This document shows, piece after piece, positions 25,842 to 34,403 of a DNA stretch of 64,000 nucleotides (positions are counted from its first letter, which is position 1; each line of letters starts with the position of its first letter). The notes beneath the pieces were generated by a model. The model was not told the origin of the DNA. It ran no database searches and saw only the letters and a program-made list of their open reading frames with translations. A program made the translations under genes and the position numbers. Origin of the DNA: Bacillota bacterium (GTDB lineage Bacteria > Bacillota > Dethiobacteria > Dethiobacterales > Dethiobacteraceae); NCBI GenBank assembly GCA_012521345.1, contig JAAYMN010000066.1, forward strand, positions 5,376 through 69,375. The letters are read 5' to 3'.

Positions 25842-26081
25842 GAATGCCTGCCTCCAAAAAAAGCCGAAGGCAATGGCATCTTCTTGTCAGGTACGCAACT
25901 CCTTTGGGGATCTGGATTCCTCCGGCTTTTTGTTCATGGCTCAACTATAACAATCTGGAGACTACAACCTGGTCACGGCCAAATCACGTTTGCATCACTT
26001 TGTGGTCACAACTTGATCAAAAAAAGCCTGCTGCCCTAGGCATGCTTATTAAGGCAAAAAAAAAAGAAACCCTCACGGCTT

Positions 26082-27284
26082 TCAAGATTTGTGATACTGT
26101 GGAAATGTTACTGCATAAAGTGAAAGAGGCGCCATCGGCTGAAGTTTGGTGTATAAAACAACATCAGGATGAATTTTTTTAAAATCGCTGCAGATCCGGT
26201 TTAAGACTTTTTCTCCCTGTTCAAAGCTTAGGCCGGGAAGCAGAAGCAAAAACTGCGTATCGTTCCACTTTGTCACCACATCACCCTTGCGCAGACTTGC
26301 AAGCAAGAAGCAAAGCAGGCTGTCGGCTGTCTTGTTGATGTCCGGAACTTTTTGATTGACAGCCGCCAATGTCAGCAGTGCCAAAAACACCGGATTGCCT
26401 GATCTTTCCAGCCTTCTGCGCTCCAACCTGTAAAACTCACCAAAGATGTCGGGTTCACAAAAGTAGGCTTTATCAAATACATGTTCTGCCAGCCGGTATT
26501 GAATTGACAATAAATCAGCTTTAACATTGTCATATTCCGCCTTTAATCTTTGGTAAACATTTTTCATGGCCAGAGACGGTTTAATGCCCAATTCACGGTA
26601 AAAAAGCGATGTTATGTAGCCATAATGGGATTTGGCTTCTTTAATTTTACCCAATGCCAAGAGGGCATCAATAAAGTAGATATGGAAATCCTCTTCAAAT
26701 AACTCGAGAGCAAATACTGATTCGCAGATTTTTATGATTGCATGGTATCTTTGCTTGTTGTGCAACAGCTTTAACAACTCCAGGGCGCCTTGCAGATAGA
26801 TATGGCGATAATAGCTTCTTGCCGGATGCGCCCATTCGTCATACGCACACTCGGGGAGGTAGTCGCCCTTATACAAGGCAATGGCTTCTAAGTAAACTTC
26901 GATGGCTTTTTCGGGGTCACTTGCGGCTAAATCCTGTCCCTGCTTGCAGAGCATCTCAAATTCATCGGCGTCAAGCCAATAATCCCCGGCAAGGCTCCAC
27001 CTGTAGCAACCCTGTGAGTAAACTATATTATCACTGTACTTTGCATTGTTTTCATGAAGCAGCTTGCGCAAGCGGTAGATAGCAGTCCGAAGCGCCTTTT
27101 TGGGGTCGGAGTAATTTTTTTCCGGCCATAGCGTATCCATTATCACTTCAGGGAGAATGTTTTTGTCGCGATTTGTTAAAAGATATTTGAACAGTTTCCA
27201 CAGCTTGTACGACTTGTTGGCATGTTCGGAGACAATTCTATCGCCACATTTAACATAAAATTTACCAAAAGTATGAATTTCCAA
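26082..27284 (-). CDS. SARP-family transcriptional regulator: winged-helix DNA-binding domain, BTAD, and a degenerate GGDEF-like C-terminal domain
   Basis: The N-terminus (FGKFYVKCGDRIV...LFKYLLTNRDKNILPEVIMDTLWPE...ALRTAIYRLRKLL) is OmpR/SARP-type wHTH. A TPR-like BTAD follows (YKGDYLPE...WAHPARSYY). The C-terminus RKGDVVTKWNDTQFLLLLPG aligns to R..D...R.GGDEF..LLP with the GGDEF motif lost. Confidence 0.75.
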   Translation of the reverse strand: MEIHTFGKFYVKCGDRIVSEHANKSYKLWKLFKYLLTNRDKNILPEVIMDTLWPEKNYSDPKKALRTAIYRLRKLLHENNAKYSDNIVYSQGCYRWSLAGDYWLDADEFEMLCKQGQDLAASDPEKAIEVYLEAIALYKGDYLPECAYDEWAHPARSYYRHIYLQGALELLKLLHNKQRYHAIIKICESVFALELFEEDFHIYFIDALLALGKIKEAKSHYGYITSLFYRELGIKPSLAMKNVYQRLKAEYDNVKADLLSIQYRLAEHVFDKAYFCEPDIFGEFYRLERRRLERSGNPVFLALLTLAAVNQKVPDINKTADSLLCFLLASLRKGDVVTKWNDTQFLLLLPGLSFEQGEKVLNRICSDFKKIHPDVVLYTKLQPMAPLSLYAVTFPQYHKS

Positions 27285-27529
27285 GGGTTTTGTACTCCAT
27301 TTTGCGTCTGATATTCAAAAGGATACGCCCCCTATCTGCAAACAAGCTTCAGCACAGGTACATTTTGGTTTTGCCAAACAATGTGGAAATGTGTAGACAT
27401 CCCCTACAAACAGAAAGAGTCCCTGACTAAGACTTTTTTAAACCAGCCAGGAACTTTAGATAATATTATTATTATCAATTAAAGTTGTAAATGTATTATT
27501 CTACATCTGTTTGAAATTTCCTTTTTTGG

Positions 27530-27578
27530 CTGCCAAATCAAAACAAAAAGCGCAACTGCCCCCGCAGGCTGCTGCGCT
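27530..27578 (-). terminator. Intrinsic terminator after the tadG-like gene
   Basis: Imperfect GC stem agcgca..gcc (27549-60) / ggc..tgcgct (27567-78). On the minus strand it is followed by CTTTTTGTTTTGATTT. Confidence 0.55.
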
Positions 27579-27613
27579 TGCTTGTTACTGTGCTTGCTTG
27601 TTTCCGCTTAATA

Positions 27614-28546
27614 TTATCTTATTAAATTTACTGCCGTCACACCGTAATCCGCAGCGTTATCGTCTATTTGGCCGGTAACGATGGTGTCGACGAACCAGCC
27701 CCGTATAATGCTTTGGTTGCCCTGTTTGGGTGGATGGTTTTTGTTGAGGAAGAAGGCGGCAAAACCTACTACCTCCACTTCCTGCCTCCCACCTCCGGTC
27801 GGTTGCTTTATGACCGGAATATAGACCAGGAGGGGGCAGCCGGGTTTGAAATTGGCAAAAGTACAGTTATCCTGGCAGCGGTTGACACGCTCCAGAAAAC
27901 CTGCCCTTGTCGGGCCGGACATGTTGCCCGGCTCCGTTTCCAGGATATCCCCTACTTTTATTTGTCCCTGGTAGCCCCTGCTCAAGTTTTTCTTGTAATT
28001 CGCGGCACCCTTGCCGCCCAAAGCGAGGGCGCCAAAGTTACCCGGTCCAAGTTCACCCGCAGGAAACGATTTCAGATGATATTCCTGCCCCTTGACAAAA
28101 TCCTGTTCCACAATCGTCAGTGGAACGACACCGGTAAGCGCCGAAACTGTTCCCGTCAGGGCGGTGGCGGTAGCGGAGACATCTCCCGTAAAAAAGCCCA
28201 GCACACGGGCAAAGGAATACTGTACATTATCCCTGACCGTGACAGTGACCGCCCGCCCGCCGTGTGACAGGCCGGCTTCGACCACTTCCGGCTCCACGCC
28301 GTTTAAGACGGCATATTCCACTGCCTTCTCCAGGGCCTGGCTGCCTGCCCCCGGATTAAGGACCAGTTCCTGGGCGCCTGCCAGCGCAGCCGCGTCGGCG
28401 GCAGTTGCCAGCGCTCTTCTTTTTGCCGCCAGAAGCCCGTAATCAGTCACCATGGCCGCCGAACCAAGCAAGGCCACCATGGCCAGCATAACAATGACAA
28501 GGGAACTGCCTTTTTCTTCCCTTACCAATCTTGTCAAAAACCTCAT
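27614..28546 (-). CDS. TadG-like (Tad/Flp pilus-associated) pseudopilin-like protein
   Basis: N-terminus REEKGSSLVIVMLAMVALLGSAAMVTDYGLLAAKRRALATAADAAALAGA is the TadE/G-like N-terminal motif (pfam13400-type). Confidence 0.75.
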   Translation of the reverse strand: MRFLTRLVREEKGSSLVIVMLAMVALLGSAAMVTDYGLLAAKRRALATAADAAALAGAQELVLNPGAGSQALEKAVEYAVLNGVEPEVVEAGLSHGGRAVTVTVRDNVQYSFARVLGFFTGDVSATATALTGTVSALTGVVPLTIVEQDFVKGQEYHLKSFPAGELGPGNFGALALGGKGAANYKKNLSRGYQGQIKVGDILETEPGNMSGPTRAGFLERVNRCQDNCTFANFKPGCPLLVYIPVIKQPTGGGRQEVEVVGFAAFFLNKNHPPKQGNQSIIRGWFVDTIVTGQIDDNAADYGVTAVNLIR

Positions 28547-28547
28547 C

Positions 28548-28976
28548 TTAGGTCGCCTCCTGAACGTATTCGACCCTCATGGTCGCATCCGCCTCGTGCC
28601 GGAAGCTTTCTCCGAGAAATAAATCAAAAAAAGGCACAATGACATCTGTTCCCGCCTCAACTGTTACAGTCACAGGCTGCCCGAAGCTTCTTGCCCCCTG
28701 CGGCTCAATGTGTACCGAAACTGCCTCCAGCAGTGGAGAGTTGTGCAGCATGTTTTGCACCTTGACTGATATTTCCGCATCCGTTGCTCCCACGGCAGCC
28801 AGCCTTGCCCCTTCCCGTGCAGCGCTGGAAACGGCGATTTCCCCGCTTAAAATGATGCCGAACTGCACCACTCCAAGCAGCAAAAGCAGGACCAGCGGCA
28901 AGACAAGCGCCGTTTCCACTAGTGCCTGTCCGTTTTCCCGACCGGTTTTGGCCAACATGGCAGCCAGCACAGGCAA
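28548..28976 (-). CDS. TadE-like protein
   Basis: GQALVETALVLPLVLLLLLGVVQFGIIL...AAREGAR is the TadE motif. The likely true start is GTG 28970, 7 nt after AGGAGG. Confidence 0.8.
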   Translation of the reverse strand: MPVLAAMLAKTGRENGQALVETALVLPLVLLLLLGVVQFGIILSGEIAVSSAAREGARLAAVGATDAEISVKVQNMLHNSPLLEAVSVHIEPQGARSFGQPVTVTVEAGTDVIVPFFDLFLGESFRHEADATMRVEYVQEAT

Positions 28977-29144
28977 CCCTCCTGCCCATTATCTTATAAC
29001 TGAGTGTAACTGATTCTGTTTAGTAATTAATGGTGTGAAGGTCTCATTTTTCTGTTACTTTAGTACTATTTTCCCGGGAAACAATGGTTAACGGTTTCAA
29101 CTTAAGATGTTCAACAGTGGTTCTCAGAAATTGAAAAAGTATGG

Positions 29145-29202
29145 CCCCGGCAAAAGCAAAGCTCCCTTCGCCGCCGGCGGAGACCGCCGGCACGAAGGGA
29201 GC
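29145..29202 (-). terminator. Strong intrinsic terminator after the MFS transporter gene
   Basis: gctcccttcg(29161-70)/cgaagggagc(29193-202) is the outer stem and ccggcgg/ccgccgg the inner stem. On the minus strand it is followed by TTTGCTTTTG. Confidence 0.75.
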
Positions 29203-29266
29203 CTTTACGTACTGTCACACTTACTCTGCCCAGCAGCATGATATTTTCGACCACATTAGCTCTTCA

Positions 29267-30478
29267 TTATGCCATTGTCTTTTGCCGGGAAGCTTTCAGA
29301 CCGACAATAAAAATCAGGAGCGCCACCAAGACAGGAATCGCACCCAGCGTGAACATGACAGAATAGCTGTTTGTCAATGAATATGCCAGACCCGCCAGAG
29401 AGGGACCGATAAAATAGCCAAAATCAAGGCCGATAAAATTTGTATTACTGGCCACTCCCCTTCTTACAGGCTCTACGGACTGCAATGCCATAACCTGAAT
29501 GGCCGGCTGGGCAAGTCCGAAACCGAGAGGTGCAAGGATTGCTGTTATCAGCATGGCAGGGAATGAATTGCCCAAGCCAAGAACAAGAAATGACAGGGCA
29601 AAGATTAGGGTACCAGGAATAAGTACTTTGGGAATACCGTATTTATCCACCAGCCTGCCGCCTGCAGGCCGGGCGGCTAGCAGGACAAAGGCGTAAATGG
29701 TAAAGAACAGGCCTACATTGGGTATATTGTTGGCTTGCGCATATGGCTCCATATATATGGTGTAGATGATCTGTGCCATGGAATAAAACAAAACTACAAC
29801 GGTAGGCATCAGGGCTTCTACGGCAATTATATTCTTATACCAGGCGCCCAGTGAAGCCAGTTCTTCCTTGGATCGGTGTCTGTATGGCATTATGCTGCAG
29901 GGAATCAGGGCAAGCAGCATGCAGGCAGCTGCCGTCAGAAAAACTACAGTATAGCCTGCACCTAAGCTGCCGAAAGTGCTTTCACCCCAGGAACGCAGGC
30001 CAATACCGATGGTTGGCGCGATAGCCATGGAGATGGCAATAGCTGCACTGAAAAGACCAAGGCCGGAAGCCATTTTTTCCTCGGGGAGGCTGTCGGCGGC
30101 AAGTGTCATATTTAGTGAGCCGATAAAAGCAAATTGGATTCCGTGCAGCACCCTTGCCGCAATAAATTGCGGCATGCCGCCGGCCATTGCATAACCGAAA
30201 TTGACAATTGCACCGAGAACATACGAAAATAGCATAATCAGCTTCTTGTTCATTTTTGTGATTATAGGTCCTGAAAAAGGCCTGGCAGCAACGGAAACTC
30301 CAAAATACAACCCGGAGACCAAACCTACCATAAAATCGCTTGCACCCAAATAATCCGTGTAAGTTGCAATCAGCGGGTTGACAATATACTGTGAGATGCC
30401 AAGCAGAAAATTAGCTATTATCGTACAGGTAAACGCCTTGTTCCAGATTGTTGTTGCTTTTACATCTGCTATATCCAT
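29267..30478 (-). CDS. MFS transporter
   Basis: Pattern of about 12 TM helices with the loop motif GPIITKMNKK. The ATG at 30478 follows GGAGGAA; the track ORF extends to 30520. Confidence 0.85.
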   Translation of the reverse strand: MDIADVKATTIWNKAFTCTIIANFLLGISQYIVNPLIATYTDYLGASDFMVGLVSGLYFGVSVAARPFSGPIITKMNKKLIMLFSYVLGAIVNFGYAMAGGMPQFIAARVLHGIQFAFIGSLNMTLAADSLPEEKMASGLGLFSAAIAISMAIAPTIGIGLRSWGESTFGSLGAGYTVVFLTAAACMLLALIPCSIMPYRHRSKEELASLGAWYKNIIAVEALMPTVVVLFYSMAQIIYTIYMEPYAQANNIPNVGLFFTIYAFVLLAARPAGGRLVDKYGIPKVLIPGTLIFALSFLVLGLGNSFPAMLITAILAPLGFGLAQPAIQVMALQSVEPVRRGVASNTNFIGLDFGYFIGPSLAGLAYSLTNSYSVMFTLGAIPVLVALLIFIVGLKASRQKTMA

Positions 30479-30510
30479 GTTAGACAATTCCTCCGCTTGT
30501 TGTCCAGGAG

Positions 30511-31407
30511 CTAGAGCCATGTCACTTCCGGCCGGGCACTGAATTCAACCTGCAGTGCATAATACGGCTTTTTTATTTTGCGGCAAATCACCGGCAGATG
30601 CGGCAAGTTAGGCGGTACAACAACGACAGAAGCTTCCGTCAGGAGGTGTTCCTCTCTTTCTTCCCCGAGGCAGACGGCAACCTCCGCTCCCAGGTCATTG
30701 GGATTTTCCGCATTATTGCCGAAAAAGACCAGCAGTTTATTATACGGGTTGACCAGCGCCCCCTTGCCCGGATACCAGCTTCCTTCCCGGCTATACATGC
30801 CCATGGCTACCGTCAGCGGTGTCCCTTCCAGGTCGTCGCCTGTAAAGAAAAAGCCTGCCTCCGCCCCTTCCGGTTTTGGCGCCTGGGAAAATTTCTTTAT
30901 CAGGTGGGCATATTTTGTCCCGTCAGTGCTGCCATCCTGCTCCACCATTGTTGTCGCTCCCGCCAATCCATGATCGATGCTTAAAGCTATATGCATGTGG
31001 GCATAAGGCCGTTTACACTCTTCCGTGTATAGCGGGCAGTGAGGCAGGTGCGGCGGCGCCACAACCAGGGAAGGCTCGGTGATAATATGCTGTTCGTATT
31101 CCTTCCCAAGCGAAAGATTAATCCTGGCTCCCAGGTTGTCCAAACCGTCTGCGCCATAGCCGTAAAAGAAAAGCAGTTCTGAGAAAGTGTGGGCATGGGC
31201 AACAGGTCGCGGGGTAATGTTCCTGTCCACGGTATCCTTGTAGCCGCGTTTCGGCGCCCACAACCCCACCAGATCATATACGCCGATCACAAAGTTTACC
31301 GCGACGTCGTTTAAATCGGCGGCTTCCATGTATACTTTGAGCAATGCGGGAGTACCGCCCATATTCTCCCGGAAGTGCAGCCGCTTAATGAGATTGTCGT
31401 ATTTCAA
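30511..31407 (-). CDS. Bicupin protein of unknown function
   Basis: The first half has cupin motifs HAHTFSELLFFYG and PPHLPHCPL. The second half is a degenerate repeat (LLVFFGNNAENPNDLGAEV...PPNLPHLPV). Paralogous to 63588..64000. Confidence 0.65.
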   Translation of the reverse strand: MKYDNLIKRLHFRENMGGTPALLKVYMEAADLNDVAVNFVIGVYDLVGLWAPKRGYKDTVDRNITPRPVAHAHTFSELLFFYGYGADGLDNLGARINLSLGKEYEQHIITEPSLVVAPPHLPHCPLYTEECKRPYAHMHIALSIDHGLAGATTMVEQDGSTDGTKYAHLIKKFSQAPKPEGAEAGFFFTGDDLEGTPLTVAMGMYSREGSWYPGKGALVNPYNKLLVFFGNNAENPNDLGAEVAVCLGEEREEHLLTEASVVVVPPNLPHLPVICRKIKKPYYALQVEFSARPEVTWL

Positions 31408-31580
31408 TGCATGCCATCTCCTTTCGTTTTTTATTTGGCAGAATTGCCCCCTATTTACCTTTTATCATATTTTGCCTGCCGCTACAATTGTTCTATGTAT
31501 ATGAAGAAAAAAGATAACCGTTTATTGGCTCTACAAACTTGTTTAGGCACAGTCGGGTTTTGGAAAGAATGGAAAAAGTA

Positions 31581-31611
31581 TTGACTGTCCCCTTGGGTGA
31601 TGGCTTATGAT
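31581..31611 (+). promoter_or_regulatory. Candidate MerR-type promoter with 19-bp spacer
   Basis: TTGACT (31581-86), a 19-nt spacer, then TATGAT (31606-11). It lies about 30 nt upstream of the merR-family gene. Confidence 0.4.
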
Positions 31612-31641
31612 TGGTTTTGAAGTGATTGGGAGGTGATTTGT

Positions 31642-32517
31642 ATGTTAATTGCCGAAGTGAGTAAAGTTACCAGCTTAACCAAAAAGGCCATTGAATACTA
31701 CATCGAACAGGGTCTGGTCAATCCTGTTGTGCTGGACAACGGCTACAGGGATTTCAGTGAAACTGATGTGGAGCGCCTGCAAAAAATTGCCGTTTTGCGC
31801 AAGCTTGGCTTCAGCATTGAAGAAATTAGGGAAGTGCTTGCCGATCAGACTAACAGTACCTTGCAAAAATTATCTGTACAGAGAGAACTGAAAATCCGGG
31901 CGGAAGAAGCAAAAAAAGCCATCATTGAAAAGCTAATCCGCGGACACGGCTATGATGAAATAAGTGCAGAGCTAAAAGCCGTTGAACAGGGTACAACTGC
32001 AGCGGAAAAAATCCTGGCAGCTTTTCCGGGATATTACGGCCAGTTTGTCTGCCTGCATTTTGCACGTTTTCTGCAGGAGCCGATAACCACCGCCGAACAA
32101 CAGGCCGCCTATGAAGAAATCATTGCTTTTCTGGACAATGTGCCGCCTCTGGCAATCCCGGAAGATTTGCAGGCCTTTCTGGACGAAAGCACCAAGCATT
32201 TCAATACGGAAAACATAGAGGAGATGATTGAGAATACAAGGCAGGCTGTCGCAGACCCTGAAAAGTTTTTTACTGAAAACAGGAAAATCATGGAACAATA
32301 CCTGGAGTACCGCCGGTCTGATGAGTATAAAAACTCACCTGCTTACAAGCTCCAGACCCTGCTGAAAGAATTTTATCAGACAAGCGGCTATTATGACATC
32401 TTCATTCCGGCCATGAAAAAGTTGAGTCTTGCCTACGCGGAATACTACAAGCAACTGGAAGCGGCAAACAAAAAGTTTCTTACCTTATATCCCGAAGCGG
32501 CCCAGCAGGAAAACTGA
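31642..32517 (+). CDS. MerR family transcriptional regulator with long helical C-terminal domain
   Basis: HTH IAEVSKVTSLTKKAIEYYIEQGLV...GYRDFSETDVERLQKIAVLRKLGFSIEEIREVL. The ATG at 31642 follows GGGAGGTG; the track start is GTG 31633. Confidence 0.88.
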   Translation: MLIAEVSKVTSLTKKAIEYYIEQGLVNPVVLDNGYRDFSETDVERLQKIAVLRKLGFSIEEIREVLADQTNSTLQKLSVQRELKIRAEEAKKAIIEKLIRGHGYDEISAELKAVEQGTTAAEKILAAFPGYYGQFVCLHFARFLQEPITTAEQQAAYEEIIAFLDNVPPLAIPEDLQAFLDESTKHFNTENIEEMIENTRQAVADPEKFFTENRKIMEQYLEYRRSDEYKNSPAYKLQTLLKEFYQTSGYYDIFIPAMKKLSLAYAEYYKQLEAANKKFLTLYPEAAQQEN

Positions 32518-32607
32518 CTTCCGTCAAAGGGTTTCACGGCAACCCGTAACAGCCCCGCTATGCTTGCAAGTCAAAACCCAGCCGGAAAGCGATTGCCTAA
32601 CATATAG

Positions 32608-32655
32608 AAAAGCGGCTGCAACGCAAAACTTTTCGCTGCAGCCGCTTTTCTTTGG
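32608..32655. terminator. Bidirectional intrinsic terminator between the merR-family gene and the convergent envelope-stress operon
   Basis: aaagcggctgca(32608-20)/tgcagccgcttt(32637-48), flanked by A- and T-runs. Confidence 0.7.
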
Positions 32656-32682
32656 CGGCAGAACCTGATTGTCATGCCGCTT

Positions 32683-33615
32683 TTAAATTTCATCCACCTT
32701 GATTTCCCCGTTTTCAAGAAGAATTTTTAATTTGTTTTTGCCTGTTCCCCACAGGACTGTGCCTTTATGCTTGAGGTCTGTATTGCCGGTATCATTTATT
32801 ATTTCTGCCGGCTGCCAGTTGGCACTGCCGCACAACTGCTGCACATCCCTGACATAAGCATCAATGGTTAAGTCCGATAACTTGGCAACAGTTACATTAA
32901 TCCGGCCGCTGCCCCTGATCAGCCAGTTTTCGCCAACGGCTTGGCCGTCAAGATCAAGGTCGAAGTAGTTGCCGGAATCATTTATTTCCACGGCTATGTT
33001 TGCAGGCAGAAGCAGGGTATGGCGGATTTCTTTGATATAGGGTTTAAAATCTCCCGGGTAGACGGTTGCAGGATACTTGATAAACAGGGTGTCACCTTCC
33101 CGCCGCATAACTACCCGGTGCTGCTCCAGCAATGACTCGGCTTCCTGCCTGTCTGCGGCATTGACAACAGCCTGCCCGAAGGTGGTCACTTCCAGTGTGC
33201 TGCTCCTTTTGATTTCCAGCCTGCCCTCAGGAGCAGATACGACAATGTTTTTTATTCTCTCGTCCGCCGTTGTCCGCAGTGGCGGCACATCCACAGTCAT
33301 GTTGCTGCTGCTTACAGCCCGGCAAATTTTGTCAAGCATGCCGGTGGCGGTCAGGCCGTACATGCCGATACTGCAAAAAAGCATGACGGCGACAAAAAAG
33401 ATGCTGAAAAGATCGTATTTGATTTTAGGTTCCGGCTCCTTTGCCGTAAAAACATAAAACAGTATTTCACCACCGAGCAGGACTAGCACCACCGGCCACC
33501 ATGTAAGCAAGACCTGCAGGATGAATTGCCGTTTGAACTGGGCGACAAGCAGCACAACTCCCAGCGCAATTAACAGGATTCCCAGAGACAGCGTTCCTAC
33601 TCTCCACCTGCGCAT
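32683..33615 (-). CDS. LiaF-like TM domain plus DUF4097-like beta-repeat protein (cell-envelope stress module)
   Basis: N-terminal multi-TM region (GTLSLGILLIALGVVLLV..WWPVVLVLLGGEILF) followed by a repetitive beta-rich C-terminal domain. Last gene of the ECF operon. Confidence 0.6.
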   Translation of the reverse strand: MRRWRVGTLSLGILLIALGVVLLVAQFKRQFILQVLLTWWPVVLVLLGGEILFYVFTAKEPEPKIKYDLFSIFFVAVMLFCSIGMYGLTATGMLDKICRAVSSSNMTVDVPPLRTTADERIKNIVVSAPEGRLEIKRSSTLEVTTFGQAVVNAADRQEAESLLEQHRVVMRREGDTLFIKYPATVYPGDFKPYIKEIRHTLLLPANIAVEINDSGNYFDLDLDGQAVGENWLIRGSGRINVTVAKLSDLTIDAYVRDVQQLCGSANWQPAEIINDTGNTDLKHKGTVLWGTGKNKLKILLENGEIKVDEI

Positions 33616-34403
33616 TTGTCCGCTACCTCCCCGCTCTCGCTGGAACCGCGCCCGCCCGACAGTATCTTGATTCCCCCTGCAATGAGCAGGATGGCAACTA
33701 TGCCTGTTTGCAGCGAATTTTTTATTTCGTACGGTATGAGCGGCGAAATTATTTTGTCAAAGATCAGCAGCAGTCCCAGGCCAACCAGCACGTAGCCCAG
33801 GAGCTTGGAGCCGCTCCGGCTGATGCCGTTTTGCCCCCACAGGGCTAAGAGGGAAAAGCCTGCTTCTTCCCCCGGCTCTTGCGCTGTTTTGTGCAGTGCG
33901 TCAAACATGCTGTAAAACCAGATTACCGGGAGGATAAACATAAAGAAGCTAATCCGCAGCCAGTCTATCAGGAACAGGCAGAAGAAAAACAGAGACATCA
34001 GCTCCAGCCCCGGCATCATATAGCCTAAAAACATGTGCCCTGCTCCCGGGACAATGGACAGGATACAGGTGAGTATTTTCCTGTTCTGCGCATCCAGAAT
34101 TCCGGCAATGCTGCCGCCTGTTTCTGCAACAATGCCGGCTGTCTCCAGCCCCTGGCTCCTGTTGACTATTTCCGTCAATGTCATGCTGTCTACCAGGGCA
34201 ATAAACCACAGGACAGGCAAGCCAAGCAGCACAATAAAAATCTCATCACCGTAAAGCACGGTGGTAAGCCCCAGGGTCAGCAAAACAACTCCCGCCGTGG
34301 CTCCCAGGAAGATATATCCCCTGCGGGAAAAGCCAAGGTAAAGGTGGCTCAACCCCGGCAAAAACGAGAGGATAAAGACGACAAACTTGCTTTTCTTATT
34401 CAC
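33597..34403 (-). CDS. Polytopic membrane protein with duplicated PGxxHxxLG motif
   Basis: FLPGLSHLYLG and IVPGAGHMFLGYM motifs, about 8 hydrophobic helices, and overlaps with both neighbouring genes. Confidence 0.55.
   Translation of the reverse strand: MNKKSKFVVFILSFLPGLSHLYLGFSRRGYIFLGATAGVVLLTLGLTTVLYGDEIFIVLLGLPVLWFIALVDSMTLTEIVNRSQGLETAGIVAETGGSIAGILDAQNRKILTCILSIVPGAGHMFLGYMMPGLELMSLFFFCLFLIDWLRISFFMFILPVIWFYSMFDALHKTAQEPGEEAGFSLLALWGQNGISRSGSKLLGYVLVGLGLLLIFDKIISPLIPYEIKNSLQTGIVAILLIAGGIKILSGGRGSSESGEVADKCAGGE

Noticed and set aside
28977-29266. Search for a short Flp-type prepilin gene upstream of tadE.
   Set aside because: Manual minus-strand translation shows only a 6-codon ATG ORF and the terminator of the MFS gene. 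No G/xxxxEY-type leader is present.
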